A DNA stretch of 64,000 bases from an uncultured Acidimicrobiales bacterium (GCA_963842395.1 CAWJGJ010000002.1:1397720-1461719), one strand, 5' to 3'. Positions 19,842 through 31,558 are shown, numbered from the stretch's first letter. Numbers and translations: made by a program. The notes: generated by a model from the letters alone, not told the origin.

Positions 19842-20600
19842 GATGTGGCGCAAAGGAAGGCCCCGGCGGCGCCGGGAGCGTCCAGCGGACGTCGTGGAGG
19901 CGTTCGTACATCGGCAGGCACTCCTCGGCCACCGCGGCCGCCGGGCCATCCAGCTGCGGACTCGCGGGGCCGGTACTCGGCGAACCCGGTCGACCTCCAC
20001 ACGGCGTCGTACCAGTACCGGCCCCACACACCGTCGGAGTCCCGAGGACCAGGCGGCCAGGCCAGCATCGCGGCGGCGAAGTCCACGCCCGACGTGGCGG
20101 CACAGGGCGCGGAGGTAGGACTCGGGCTGGAGGAGGAAGTCGCGGCGCGTCGATCACGGGCGGCGGCGTTCCGGCCGCCACCAGCTCGTCGTACAGCTGG
20201 ATCTGCTGGGGAAGGCCGATGTCGTCGGCGGTGACGTCGGCCCGGGAGCGGACGTAGGAGGCCACCACCTCGCGGGGGTCGCGGATCAGCATCACGTTCG
20301 TGAGACCGGCGATCCAGGTCCGCTCGATGCCGGGCAGCAGGTGATGGGCCATGTGCTTCTGGTAGAAGACGCCTGATCCCGTCGGGAACCGGACCGAGCA
20401 GCGCGGCCACGACCTTGCGCCAGTCGGTCTCGCCGGCGCGCGATCACCTCGTCCCGGCCTGGATGGTCCAGCCCGGTGACGTCGAGGTAGTGGGCATACA
20501 GCGGCTCGTCGATCACCATCGTGTCGTGGCGGTTCTCCCACGACCGCATCAGCGCGGTCGAGATGTTGCGCGGGCCCGACCACACCGCCAGCCGGACCAC
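19837..20600 (-). pseudogene. sulfotransferase-like P-loop protein, about 5 apparent frameshifts
   Basis: N-terminal part is MVRLAVWSGPRNISTALMRSWENRHDTMVIDEPLYAHYL. Later segments (VFYQKHMAHHLLPG, LIRDPREVVASY, GVDFAAAMLAWPPGPRDSDGVWGRYWYDAVWRSTGF) are spread over three frames. Breaks are at about 20435, 20380, 20145, 20088 and 19955. Confidence 0.6.
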
Positions 20601-20645
20601 GGGCAGCCGGTCGCCACCGTCAGCGTCGGGCCGCCTCGGCCGACG

Positions 20646-21564
20646 TCACGCTCGACGGCGCGCCTGGTAGAGCGTCCGCAGGCGGTCATGACCGGCCGGC
20701 CGCCTGCACCGTCGCCGATCGTGCGTCCGTCGACCTCGCGGACCGGCACGATGCCGGCGAAGGTGCCGGTGACGAACGCCTCGTCGGCGCCGTACACGTC
20801 GGTCAGGCTGAAGTCGCGCTCGTAGGTCGGGATGCCGGCGTCGCGCGCCACCCGCAGCACCGTTGCCCGCGTGATGCCACCGAGGCAGAAGGCCCCCGAC
20901 GACGTCCACAGCTCGCCTCGCCGGACGACGAAGAAGTGGGTGGAGTTGCACGTGGCGACGAAGCCGTGCGGGTCGAGCATCAACGCCTCGTCGGCGCCCG
21001 CCGAGTAGGCCTGGATGCAGGCGGTGATGTCGTTGAGCTTGCTGTGGGTGTTCAGCTTGGGGTCGAGCACGTCCGGATAGGGGCGCCGCACGTGCACGGT
21101 GAACAGGCGGATCCCGGTGTCGAGCACGGCCTGACTCGGCTGCTTGTACTCGGGGATGATCACGATCGTCGCCGGCCCGACGCGTCATCCGAGGATCCTG
21201 GTACGGCGTCCGCTTCACGCCGCGGGTGACCATGAGGCGCACATGCACGCCGTCGGTCATCCCGTTGGCGCGCAGCGTCTCGTAGATCGCGTCTCGCAGG
21301 TCGTGCCGGCTGAGCCCGATGTCGAGCGCGATGGCCTTCGCGCCCTCGTAGAGGCGGTCGAGGTGCTCGTCGAGGAACACCGGGTGGCCGCCGTGGACCC
21401 GCAGCCCCTCCCACACGCCATCGCCGAGCACGAACCCCGAGTCGAAGACCGAGACCACCGCCTCGGCCCGGTGCTTGAGCTCGCCGTTCACGTAGATCGA
21501 GCACGTCCTCGTTGCGCGGATCGTCGTCGTACTCGTGCACCCCGTGGACCACCGGATCGGTCAC
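20646..21564 (-). pseudogene. class IV (branched-chain/D-amino-acid type) aminotransferase, about 3 apparent frameshifts
   Basis: GAGGAGG lies 6 nt before GTG 21564 (MTDPVVHGVHEYDDDPRNEDVL). The sequence then runs IYVNGELKHRAEAVVSVFDSGFVLGDGVWEGLRV, ...IIPEYKQP...HSKLNDITACIQA...AFCLGGITR, and ends ...RLRTLYQARRRA*. Breaks are at about 21495, 21183 and 20695. Confidence 0.75.
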
Positions 21565-21774
21565 GCCGAACCTCCTCGCCGCCGCGGGGCGACCGCGTCG
21601 CCCGGACGATTCTGCCAAGGACCGGGCGGCGCCGGCGCCCCCGCCCCGCCCGCCGTGCCGGACTGTCACACCCGCGCCGTAGCTTCCTCTGGGGGGACAC
21701 GGCGGTGGACGCGGCGGTGCGCCCACGCATCTCACGACGAGCGGGCGCACCGCGATCTGTCCGGCGGTGGGGGG

Positions 21775-21978
21775 CTACTCGCCGTCGTCGTTCGTGCCCT
21801 CGTCCTGGGCGTCGACCTCTTCCTGGACCTCGTCGCCGACGCTGTCGACGGTGTCCTCGCCCTCCTGGATCTCCTCATCGGTGGTGCCACCGTCGCCGTC
21901 CTCGTCGTCGCCACACGCGGCGACCCCTCCCAGGGCCAGGAGCGCGCTCAGCGACAGCACCGCGGCTCGTCGGATCAT
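21775..21978 (-). CDS. small acidic lipoprotein
   Basis: MIRRAAVLSLSALLALGGVAAC|GDDEDGDGG... has a lipobox-like VAAC followed by an Asp/Glu-rich tail of about 45 aa. Confidence 0.5.
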   Translation of the reverse strand: MIRRAAVLSLSALLALGGVAACGDDEDGDGGTTDEEIQEGEDTVDSVGDEVQEEVDAQDEGTNDDGE

Positions 21979-22247
21979 CGGTGGTTCCTTCCAGCTCGTC
22001 GCCCGCGCCATGACCCACTGGGCGTACCCACCCGCCACTGCGGCATACGACCCGGCGCCCGCATCCCGACCGGTGGGGGCGCCGGTAACGGGATGGCGGG
22101 CGGGCGAGAGGTTCGCCGGCGCGTGGGGTGGTCACGCGCCGGCGCCACCGCCAGGGGCCGGGTGGGCGGCCCACTCGGGGCCGGTCCGACGCGGGTGGGG
22201 CCGCGTCGCACCGGCCGCTGGGCGGTGGGGACTGGCGATCGCGGGCG

Positions 22248-23990
22248 TCAGCCGGTGCCGGTGCACGTGGCCGGCAGCGGCTGGCCGGCGAACCGGGCGG
22301 CGAGGAAGTCGCCGCCGTCGGCCGTGCCGGCGGTGATGCCGCCCAGGTGGTCGACCGGGTAGCTCCGGAACACCACCCGGGCGCCCCGGCCACACCACGC
22401 GCTCGTCAGGGCGGTGGTCTGGGCGAACGGGATCACCTGGTCGTTGGCGCCGTGGTAGGCGAACACGGGCACGGCGGGCGCCCGGGTGCCGATGCGCTGC
22501 TGGTCGATGCGGGCCCGCCAGGCGGGCGTGGCGAGCGGGTCGGAGGTCGTGAGCTCGGCGATGTGCCGCCCCGCCCCCAGCGCCAGCCCGTCGCCGAGGC
22601 AGACGCCGTCGCCGGTGGTGGCCTGGGCGAACAGCGCCTGGCCCTCCGCGTTGAGATAGCTCGACAGGTTCAGCTCGTCGTAGGCCGTGTCGAGGCCGAG
22701 GGCGGCGAACGCCAGGAACGTGAAGTACTGGTTGCCGGGCCCGTCGAGGTGGGCGCTGACGGCGCTCAGCTCGGACGGCGCCGCGCCCGCCACCACGCCC
22801 CGGAGGTCGAGCTCGGGGGCGTAGGTGGCCTCGACCTCGGCCGCTGCCGCGGTGGCCTGGCCGCCCTGGGAGTAGCCGAACAGCCCGACCGGGCTGGCGG
22901 TCGACACCCCCGATCCGGGGATGCGCTGGGCGGCCCGCACCATGTCGAGCAGTGCGTGGGCCTCGGCGTCCTTGACGATGTAGGTGGGGTTGCCGGGCGT
23001 GCCCATGCCCTCGTAGTCGGTCACCGCCACGGCCCAGCCGCGGTCGAGCAGGGCGTTGACGGTGGTCAGCTCGTAGTTGGTGCCCGCCGGCAACGTCTGG
23101 GAGGGCGCGCACGGGTCGCCGGTTCCCTGGGTGCCGGGCGCGAAGCCGACGACGGGCCGGCTGCCGCCCCCCGTCCACGGCGCGGTCGGGACGTAGAGGG
23201 TGCCCGACACGGCGTTGGCGCCGCCGGTGGCGGTGGTCGAGCGGTAGAGCACGGCCGTGCCGGTGGCGTCGCTGCGGCCGCCGAGCGGCACCCCGAGCGT
23301 GCGGATCACGTCGCCGGCCCGGGCCGGCAGCTGGGCGGGCGGCGCGTAGAAGTCCGGGCCCGGTGCGTTCGCGGGCGTGCCCGAGGCCGCCAGGTCGGCG
23401 GTGAGGCTGTTGTTGGCGCCGACGGTGAACAGGTTGACGAAGCCCTCGAAGGCGCCGCAGCCCGCGAAGTTGCCGATGGCGTAGCCGCCGGTCAGGGTGG
23501 CCGCCCCCAGCGACGGGTCGAGCTCGCCGGCCAGGCCGGCCGTGGTGGGCTCGATGGTGCGGCACTCCGTCGCGGCGTCGAGTACCGGTATCCCGAAGAG
23601 GGTGAAGTTGGTGACCACGATGTCGAAGGACAGGTCGGCGGTCACCGACAGGTCGGTGAGGTCGATGGCGCCCGTGACGGGGCCCTCGGGCACGACCTTG
23701 ATCTCCACGGTGACCGGGATGAGGAAGAAGGCGTTGAAGGTCAGGGTGCCCGCGGGGAGGTCGATGTCGCCCTCCAGGGCGCCGGTGCCGAGGTCGACCT
23801 CGCCGCGGAAGGTGCCCTGGGGGAAGGCGACGGTCTGGTTGATCAACCCGCCGACCTGGCTGTCGACGTCGGCCGTCCAGTCGAGCTCGATCGGCGCCGC
23901 CGACGCCGGGGGCGCCGGTCCGACCAGGCCGATGCCGGTGACGGCCAACAACGTGGCCGCGACGGCGCGCGCGGGTCTCCGCAGTCGCAT
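22248..23990 (-). CDS. secreted lipase (LIP/secretory-lipase family) with an N-terminal extra domain
   Basis: 580-aa intact ORF with signal peptide ...GPAPPASA|AP. The nucleophile elbow is GYSQGG and the C-terminal region resembles the secretory-lipase family. A domain of about 190 aa without recognisable family precedes it. Confidence 0.8.
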   Translation of the reverse strand: MRLRRPARAVAATLLAVTGIGLVGPAPPASAAPIELDWTADVDSQVGGLINQTVAFPQGTFRGEVDLGTGALEGDIDLPAGTLTFNAFFLIPVTVEIKVVPEGPVTGAIDLTDLSVTADLSFDIVVTNFTLFGIPVLDAATECRTIEPTTAGLAGELDPSLGAATLTGGYAIGNFAGCGAFEGFVNLFTVGANNSLTADLAASGTPANAPGPDFYAPPAQLPARAGDVIRTLGVPLGGRSDATGTAVLYRSTTATGGANAVSGTLYVPTAPWTGGGSRPVVGFAPGTQGTGDPCAPSQTLPAGTNYELTTVNALLDRGWAVAVTDYEGMGTPGNPTYIVKDAEAHALLDMVRAAQRIPGSGVSTASPVGLFGYSQGGQATAAAAEVEATYAPELDLRGVVAGAAPSELSAVSAHLDGPGNQYFTFLAFAALGLDTAYDELNLSSYLNAEGQALFAQATTGDGVCLGDGLALGAGRHIAELTTSDPLATPAWRARIDQQRIGTRAPAVPVFAYHGANDQVIPFAQTTALTSAWCGRGARVVFRSYPVDHLGGITAGTADGGDFLAARFAGQPLPATCTGTG

Positions 23991-24041
23991 GTGCTTCCCC
24001 TCCCGGACATGCAGACGGGCGCGCAGCGCGCCCTCGTGACC

Positions 24042-24070
24042 ACCCTAGCCACTATTGTGCAACGGGTCAA
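24042..24070 (-). promoter_or_regulatory. candidate sigma-70-type promoter of the lipase gene
   Basis: The minus strand has TTGACC (24070-24065), a 17-nt spacer and TAGGGT (24047-24042), in a low-GC island about 50 nt upstream of the start at 23990. A second ATTGAC copy lies further upstream. Confidence 0.35.
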
Positions 24071-24167
24071 TAATTCCGTGCCGTGCAGATCACCCGTCAA
24101 TAGCCTTGTTGAACGGCGGGGGAACGGGCCGAGGCCGGCGGGTCGGTGCCGCGACCCGCGCGGCCGA

Positions 24168-25270
24168 TCAGGGCCCGGGCAGTGGCGGCAGGTGCGCCAT
24201 CAGCGCCTGCAGGAGCAGCGTCTCGTTGGGGTAGCGCTGCAGCGACACGGCGGCGGCGTCGATGCGGGTCGCCGCCTCGACGAACGAGCGCCGGGCGCCC
24301 CGCTCGACGAGGGCGTCGCGGTAGGCCGCCGCCAGCGTGGCCAGGCCGAAGCGCAGCTCGGCGGTGCGGAACCGGCGCACCTCGCGCTTGTGGCGGGCCT
24401 CGAGGTCCTTCTTGCCCGACCCCCGCAGCCCGTACTGCTCGATCTGCTCGTCGAGCTCGGCGACCTCGGCCGCCTGGACCTGCTGCAGCGGCCCCAACGC
24501 CTCGGCGATCATGGCCTGCAGCTCGGCCACCACGGCGGCCGCCCGATGGCCCGTGCCGTCGAGCCGGCCGGGCGCCTCGCGCCAGGCCTGGTGGCGCAGG
24601 GCCAGGCGATCGTCGCTGGCCAGGGTGCGGGCGCGGTCGAGGTCCCCGCCCGCGGCCGCAGCCGCGGCGGAGGCCCGCTCGGCGTCGACGCCCTCGGCCA
24701 CGAGGCGCTCGGCCACCACCTCGGCCGGCAACGCCTGCAGCTCGATCCGCACGCACCGGCTGGCGATCGTGACCAGCTCCGGTACGACCTCGGTCGCCGA
24801 CAGCACGAAGACGGTCGACGCCGGCGGCTCCTCCACGGTCTTGAGGAGGTAGCCCGCCGCCTCGTCCTCCATGTCCTCGCAACCGTCCGCCACGACCACC
24901 TTGCGGGTGCCCTCGACCGGAGCCAGCGTGGCGTGGCGCACCACCCGCTCGGCGTCGCCCTTGCGGAAGGTGTTGCCCTCGGGCTCGACCACCCGCAGGT
25001 CCGGGTGCTGCTCGGCCAGGGCCAGGCGCAGGTGGCGGCGCCGCTCGTCGTCGTCTCGGCCCCGGCGGCCAGCAGCAGGGCGGCGAAGCCCCGGGCCACC
25101 GCCCGGGCGCCCGACCCCGCCGGCCCCACCAGCAGGTAGGCGTGCACCGGCCCGCGCGCCGCCGCCGTGAGCTGGCGGATCGCCCCGGCCTGGCCCACGA
25201 CCTGGTGCCACGGATCGTCGGGGTCGACGCCCGGGTGGTGGTCGACGGTGGCGGGCCCGGTCGGTGTCAC
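24168..25270 (-). pseudogene. holB: DNA polymerase III subunit delta-prime, one apparent frameshift
   Basis: The N-terminal part (HAYLLVGPAGSGARAVARGFAALLLA) is in one frame. The rest (...KVVVADGCEDMEDEAAGYLLKTVEEPPASTVFVLSA...ASRCVRIEL) is in another, with the break in a C4/G4 run at about 25060. It sits in the conserved topA-tmk-holB order. Confidence 0.8.
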
Positions 25271-25297
25271 GGCGCCAGTCTCGCGTCGCCGCAGGGC

Positions 25298-25978
25298 CTA
25301 CGGGTTCGGCGTGTCGCCGTTGGCGCCGTTGGTCTCGTGACGGGATGGAACGGCCGAGCCGGGCTCCGGCGGTGCCGCCAGGTCCGGGAGGCGGGTGGTG
25401 ACCGCGGACCAGACGGCCGCCTCGACCTCCTCGGGCGGGGCCGAGCCGTCGACGGTCACCCACCGGTTGGCGTCCGCGCTGGCCAGCGCCCGGTAGCCGC
25501 GCGCCACCCGGTCGTGGAAGCGGTCGCCCGCCGCCTCCATGCGGTCGAGCTTCCCGCCCGCGCGGGCCGCCGACACCTCGCGGGGCACGTCCAGCAGCAC
25601 GACGAGGTCGGGCCACAGCCCGCCGGCCGCCCAGTCCGACAGGCGACGCAGCTCCGCGACCGGCAGGCCCCGCCCGTGACCCTGGTAGGCGAGCGAGGAG
25701 CCGATGTAGCGGTCGGACACGACGTGGCGCCCCGCCGCCAGCGCGGGGCGAACCACCTCGGCGACGTGTTGCGCCCGGTCCGCGGCCATGAGCAGTGCCT
25801 CGGCCCGGTCGTCGAGGCCGGTCGTCCGGGCGTCGAGCAGCAGGCCGCGCAGGGCGGTCCCGACGGTCGTGCCCCCTGGCTCCCGCGTGTGGAGCGCGCC
25901 GAGGCGGCGCGCCAGCCGGGCCGACTGCGTGGACTTGCCGCTGGCGTCGCCGCCCTCGAACACGATGAACCGGGCCAC
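25298..25978 (-). CDS. tmk: dTMP (thymidylate) kinase
   Basis: GTG start at 25978. Motifs FIVFEGGDASGKSTQ P-loop, TREPGGT and DRY are present. 226 aa. The ORF-track ORF extends far upstream as a wrong-frame overlap of topA. Confidence 0.9.
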   Translation of the reverse strand: MARFIVFEGGDASGKSTQSARLARRLGALHTREPGGTTVGTALRGLLLDARTTGLDDRAEALLMAADRAQHVAEVVRPALAAGRHVVSDRYIGSSLAYQGHGRGLPVAELRRLSDWAAGGLWPDLVVLLDVPREVSAARAGGKLDRMEAAGDRFHDRVARGYRALASADANRWVTVDGSAPPEEVEAAVWSAVTTRLPDLAAPPEPGSAVPSRHETNGANGDTPNP

Positions 25979-26094
25979 GCGCGCCAGTCTCGCGTGCACC
26001 GCCGGCCCCTCCGGTCGACCCCGCCCGACGAGGCGAGCGGTCGGTCCGACGGCGGCGCGCCCCCGGGCGTCGTCGTGGCCGGGCGCGGGCGAGC

Positions 26095-28878
<2,784 letters not shown>

Positions 28879-29033
28879 CGGCGACAGTTGAAGTGCATCG
28901 CGCCTTCACTGTCAAACACCTGCATGCACGGGCAGTCCCGCCGACCGGCCCGCAGCGCTCATCCGGGCGAGGGGCAGGGCCCGGCGACGGGCACCCTCCC
29001 CACGCGGTGCCGGCGGGCGTTCAGGGATGTGTT

Positions 29034-29075
29034 GGGGTGATCCCCGATGCCCCGACGGGGGGTCAGCCGTAGCCT
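29034..29075 (+). promoter_or_regulatory. GATCCCC-box promoter, copy 1
   Basis: GGGGTGATCCCCGATG (29034-29049), 20 nt, then TAGCCT (29070-29075, TANNNT), upstream of the first IniB-like gene. Confidence 0.55.
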
Positions 29076-29121
29076 GACAAGGTCCCCGGATCGCCGCCGG
29101 GGCGTCAACTCAGGAGGACAG

Positions 29122-29913
29122 ATGGACGGCATGTCACTTCTCGACGTGCTGCGGGGCGTCATGCTCGACCCGGCCGAACAGGCCGCGTACAACGCCAACC
29201 CCGGCGCGTACCTGGAGCACTACGGCTACGACGACGTCGACTCCGCCGACCTGTCCGAAGCCTTCGGCCTCGTGGCCGACACGCTGCCCCCCGAGGTGGC
29301 CCAGACCGCGTGGCAGGCCTCGGCCGACCACGGGGACGAGGCCTTCGGTGGGGTGACCACCGAGTTCGACACCCAGGCCGGCGTCGACGCCGAGCCCGAG
29401 CCACCGCCCGGGGCCGATGCGCCCGGGGCGGCCGACGACGCCGACCCCGCGCTGTCGTTCGGCTACGGCGAGGCCGACGATCAGGACCTCGACGGCGACG
29501 CGTCGGGCGCGGGCCTGCTCGCGGCGGACGCGTCGACCACCAACGGCAGCCACGACGGCGGCGCCTTCGGGGACGCGGCCGTCGACGACCTCGCGGATCC
29601 CGACGACGCCGGAACGTTCGGCGACCTCAGCACCGGAGACGAGAGCGGCACCGGCGACGTCAGCGGCGAGGACGGCGACGACGCCGGCGACGACGCCGGC
29701 CCGGACGGGCCCGCCGCGGACGACGACGGTGCCGGGCCCGGCGACGGCTGGGACGACCTCGGCGACGGCCAGCTCGACGGCGGGCTGGAGGGCGACGACG
29801 GCGGCCTGGGGATCGGCGAGCTCGGCGACGACTCGGCCGAGATCGACGGCCTGAACGACCTCGCCGGCCTCCCGGACGACTCGTCCGACGGCACCGACAT
29901 CGGCTCGTTCTGA
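29122..29913 (+). CDS. IniB N-terminal domain protein with Asp/Gly-rich acidic tail (paralog 1)
   Basis: (MDG)MSLLDVLRGVMLDPAEQAAYNANPGAYLEHYG resembles the IniB N-terminus (SLIDYILSLFRSEDAARSFVAAPG in M. tuberculosis, from memory). AGGAGG at 29112-29117. The alternative start at 29131 (MSLL) aligns better with the paralogs. The tail has one Arg and no Lys. Confidence 0.75.
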   Translation: MDGMSLLDVLRGVMLDPAEQAAYNANPGAYLEHYGYDDVDSADLSEAFGLVADTLPPEVAQTAWQASADHGDEAFGGVTTEFDTQAGVDAEPEPPPGADAPGAADDADPALSFGYGEADDQDLDGDASGAGLLAADASTTNGSHDGGAFGDAAVDDLADPDDAGTFGDLSTGDESGTGDVSGEDGDDAGDDAGPDGPAADDDGAGPGDGWDDLGDGQLDGGLEGDDGGLGIGELGDDSAEIDGLNDLAGLPDDSSDGTDIGSF

Positions 29914-30027
29914 CCCTGCTCTCGGAGCGCGCACGGGCCCACGTCGAGCGTCGCGAACCGTTCGGGCCGCGACGCCGTATCCCGCTCCGTGACAGCACGC
30001 AGGACAGCGCTCTCGCCGCTCTCGATC

Positions 30028-30053
30028 GTGGCCCGGGTACTCACCCGGGCCAC
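30028..30053 (+). terminator. stem-loop downstream of IniB-like gene 1
   Basis: Perfect 11-bp stem GTGGCCCGGGT/ACCCGGGCCAC with loop ACTC. There is no U tract. Confidence 0.4.
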
Positions 30054-30123
30054 CGTCGCGCCCGGCCCCGGCGCACTCCCCGGGACCCCGTCGCGATCCC
30101 CTAAGGGATCCACCGGCCGGCAG

Positions 30124-30165
30124 GGGGCGATCCCCGATGGCCAGCTGACGCCGGAGTCGTAGCGT
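30124..30165 (+). promoter_or_regulatory. GATCCCC-box promoter, copy 2
   Basis: GGGGCGATCCCCGATG (30124-30139), 20 nt, then TAGCGT (30160-30165). Extra half-sites CGATCCCC-TAA-GGGATC lie at 30094-30110. Confidence 0.55.
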
Positions 30166-30224
30166 GCTCCACACGCAAGGTCGCTCGAGAGGCGGGTGGC
30201 CCCAAAACCAGGAGCAACTAAGCG

Positions 30225-31382
30225 ATGTCACTCATCGACACCCTCTTCAACATCTTCAACGACAACGACACCCAGAACGCCTTCCAGAACAACCCTGAGG
30301 GCTTCCTGAACCAGAACGGGCTCGGCAACATCAGCAGCATCGAGGTGCAGGAAGCGATCCCGCACGTCCTGACGGCCCTCCAGGGCAACTCGGGCGGCGC
30401 CACCCAGGGCGGCGCGGCGTCCTTCGCCAGCAGCGGCAACGTCACCCTGCCCCCGCCGCCCCCCGGCGGCGGCGGCGACGACGGCGGCCTGTCGGGCGCC
30501 ATCGAGTCGATCAACCACTACACCAGCGTCCTGAACGAGACGAACCAGACGTTCGAGGACAACGACACCACCAACATCGACGACTCGGACACCCAGGTCG
30601 ACCAGTCGGTCAACCAGGACATCACCGCCTTCGGCGATGTCACCCAGGACTTCGACAACGACGTCGTGTCCGGTGACGGCAACGCCCTGGCCGGCGACAA
30701 CTCGCAGGTCAACAGCGGTGCCGGGGCCGTGCAGGCCGGCGACGACATCGAGGACTCCAACGTCGTCACCGGTGTCGTCAACGACTCGGTCCTGGCCGAC
30801 GACATCGAGGACTCGGTCGTCGGCGACAACAACGAGGCCATCATCGACTCCGAGGTCGGCGCGGCCGCCTTCGGTGACGGCGACGCCACCAACGTCACGG
30901 CCCAGAACGCCAACGTCGGCGACGGCACCCAGATCGTGGGCGGCAACGGCGACGTCAACGCCAACGTGGGCGACGGCGACTTCACCCAGATCGACGACTC
31001 CAACCTGAGCGAGTCGGTCGTGGGCGGCGGCACCGTGCAGTCCAACGACGTCAACATCGAGGCCGACGACGGCGCCGCAGTGGCGTTCGGCGAGGGCTCC
31101 GAGGCCGAGGGCTCGAACGTCGACATCGACGATGTCAGCGGCAACGTCCAGGTGGCCGGCGACGACTCGACCCAGGTCGTGGACCAGTCGACCGACAACT
31201 CGGTCAACGACAGCTTCAACGCCACCGACAGCTTCAACGCCACCGACAACTCGGTGAACGACAGCTACAACATCGAGGACAGCTTCGACACCGAGGTCGA
31301 CGCCAGCGACAACAGCGTCAACATCGATGAGAGCGACAACTCGATCGACGCCAGCGACGACGACGTCGTCGACATCGCCTGA
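30225..31382 (+). CDS. IniB N-terminal domain protein with Asp/Asn/Ser/Val-rich repeat tail (paralog 2)
   Basis: 385-aa intact ORF with AGGAGC 9 nt before the ATG. The N-terminus is MSLIDTLFNIFNDNDTQNAFQNNPEGFLNQNG, followed by a poly-Pro/Gly hinge and about 290 aa of quasi-repetitive acidic sequence. No Lys or Arg anywhere in the protein. Confidence 0.8.
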   Translation: MSLIDTLFNIFNDNDTQNAFQNNPEGFLNQNGLGNISSIEVQEAIPHVLTALQGNSGGATQGGAASFASSGNVTLPPPPPGGGGDDGGLSGAIESINHYTSVLNETNQTFEDNDTTNIDDSDTQVDQSVNQDITAFGDVTQDFDNDVVSGDGNALAGDNSQVNSGAGAVQAGDDIEDSNVVTGVVNDSVLADDIEDSVVGDNNEAIIDSEVGAAAFGDGDATNVTAQNANVGDGTQIVGGNGDVNANVGDGDFTQIDDSNLSESVVGGGTVQSNDVNIEADDGAAVAFGEGSEAEGSNVDIDDVSGNVQVAGDDSTQVVDQSTDNSVNDSFNATDSFNATDNSVNDSYNIEDSFDTEVDASDNSVNIDESDNSIDASDDDVVDIA

Positions 31383-31418
31383 GCCTCCGGCAACGGCACC
31401 AGCAATCCCAGGCATCAT

Positions 31419-31450
31419 CCAGGGCCCCGGCAGCGTTGCCGGGGCCCTGG
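31419..31450 (+). terminator. stem-loop downstream of IniB-like gene 2
   Basis: Perfect 14-bp stem CCAGGGCCCCGGCA/TGCCGGGGCCCTGG with loop GCGT. Confidence 0.5.
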
Positions 31451-31460
31451 CGCGCCCTGG

Positions 31461-31500
31461 CGGGTCGGGGTCGGCCCGGGCGGGTCGGGGTCGGCCCGGG
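31461..31500. repeat. perfect 20-nt tandem duplication
   Basis: CGGGTCGGGGTCGGCCCGGG occurs twice in tandem, directly after the terminator hairpin. Confidence 0.8.
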
Positions 31501-31558
31501 CGGCGGCGATGATCCCCGTCCCGGCGAGCCATCCCCCACGCCACCCTCCATTCACCGC

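Noticed and set aside
28879-29033. Imperfect inverted repeat around CAGTTGAAGTG...CTTCACTGTCAAAC in the topA upstream region as a regulatory palindrome.
   Set aside because: When checked base by base the arms are not true reverse complements (GAAGTG versus CTTCAC orientation mismatch), so no operator can be claimed.
29310-30231. Alternative-frame ORFs across IniB-like gene 1 (29310-30104 +, 29134-30231 -, 29481-30113 -) with poly-Arg or poly-Ser/Pro products.
   Set aside because: They result from reading GAC/GGC-rich codon repeats out of frame. The frame starting MSLLDV... has the IniB-type N-terminus, an SD sequence and the shared promoter box.
31461-31500. Tandem direct repeats here and at 38161-38210, 59723-59795 and 60581-60630 as possible CRISPR arrays.
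   Set aside because: There are only 2-3 contiguous copies with no unique spacers between them, the units are 16-36 nt, and there are no cas genes. They are simple tandem duplications.
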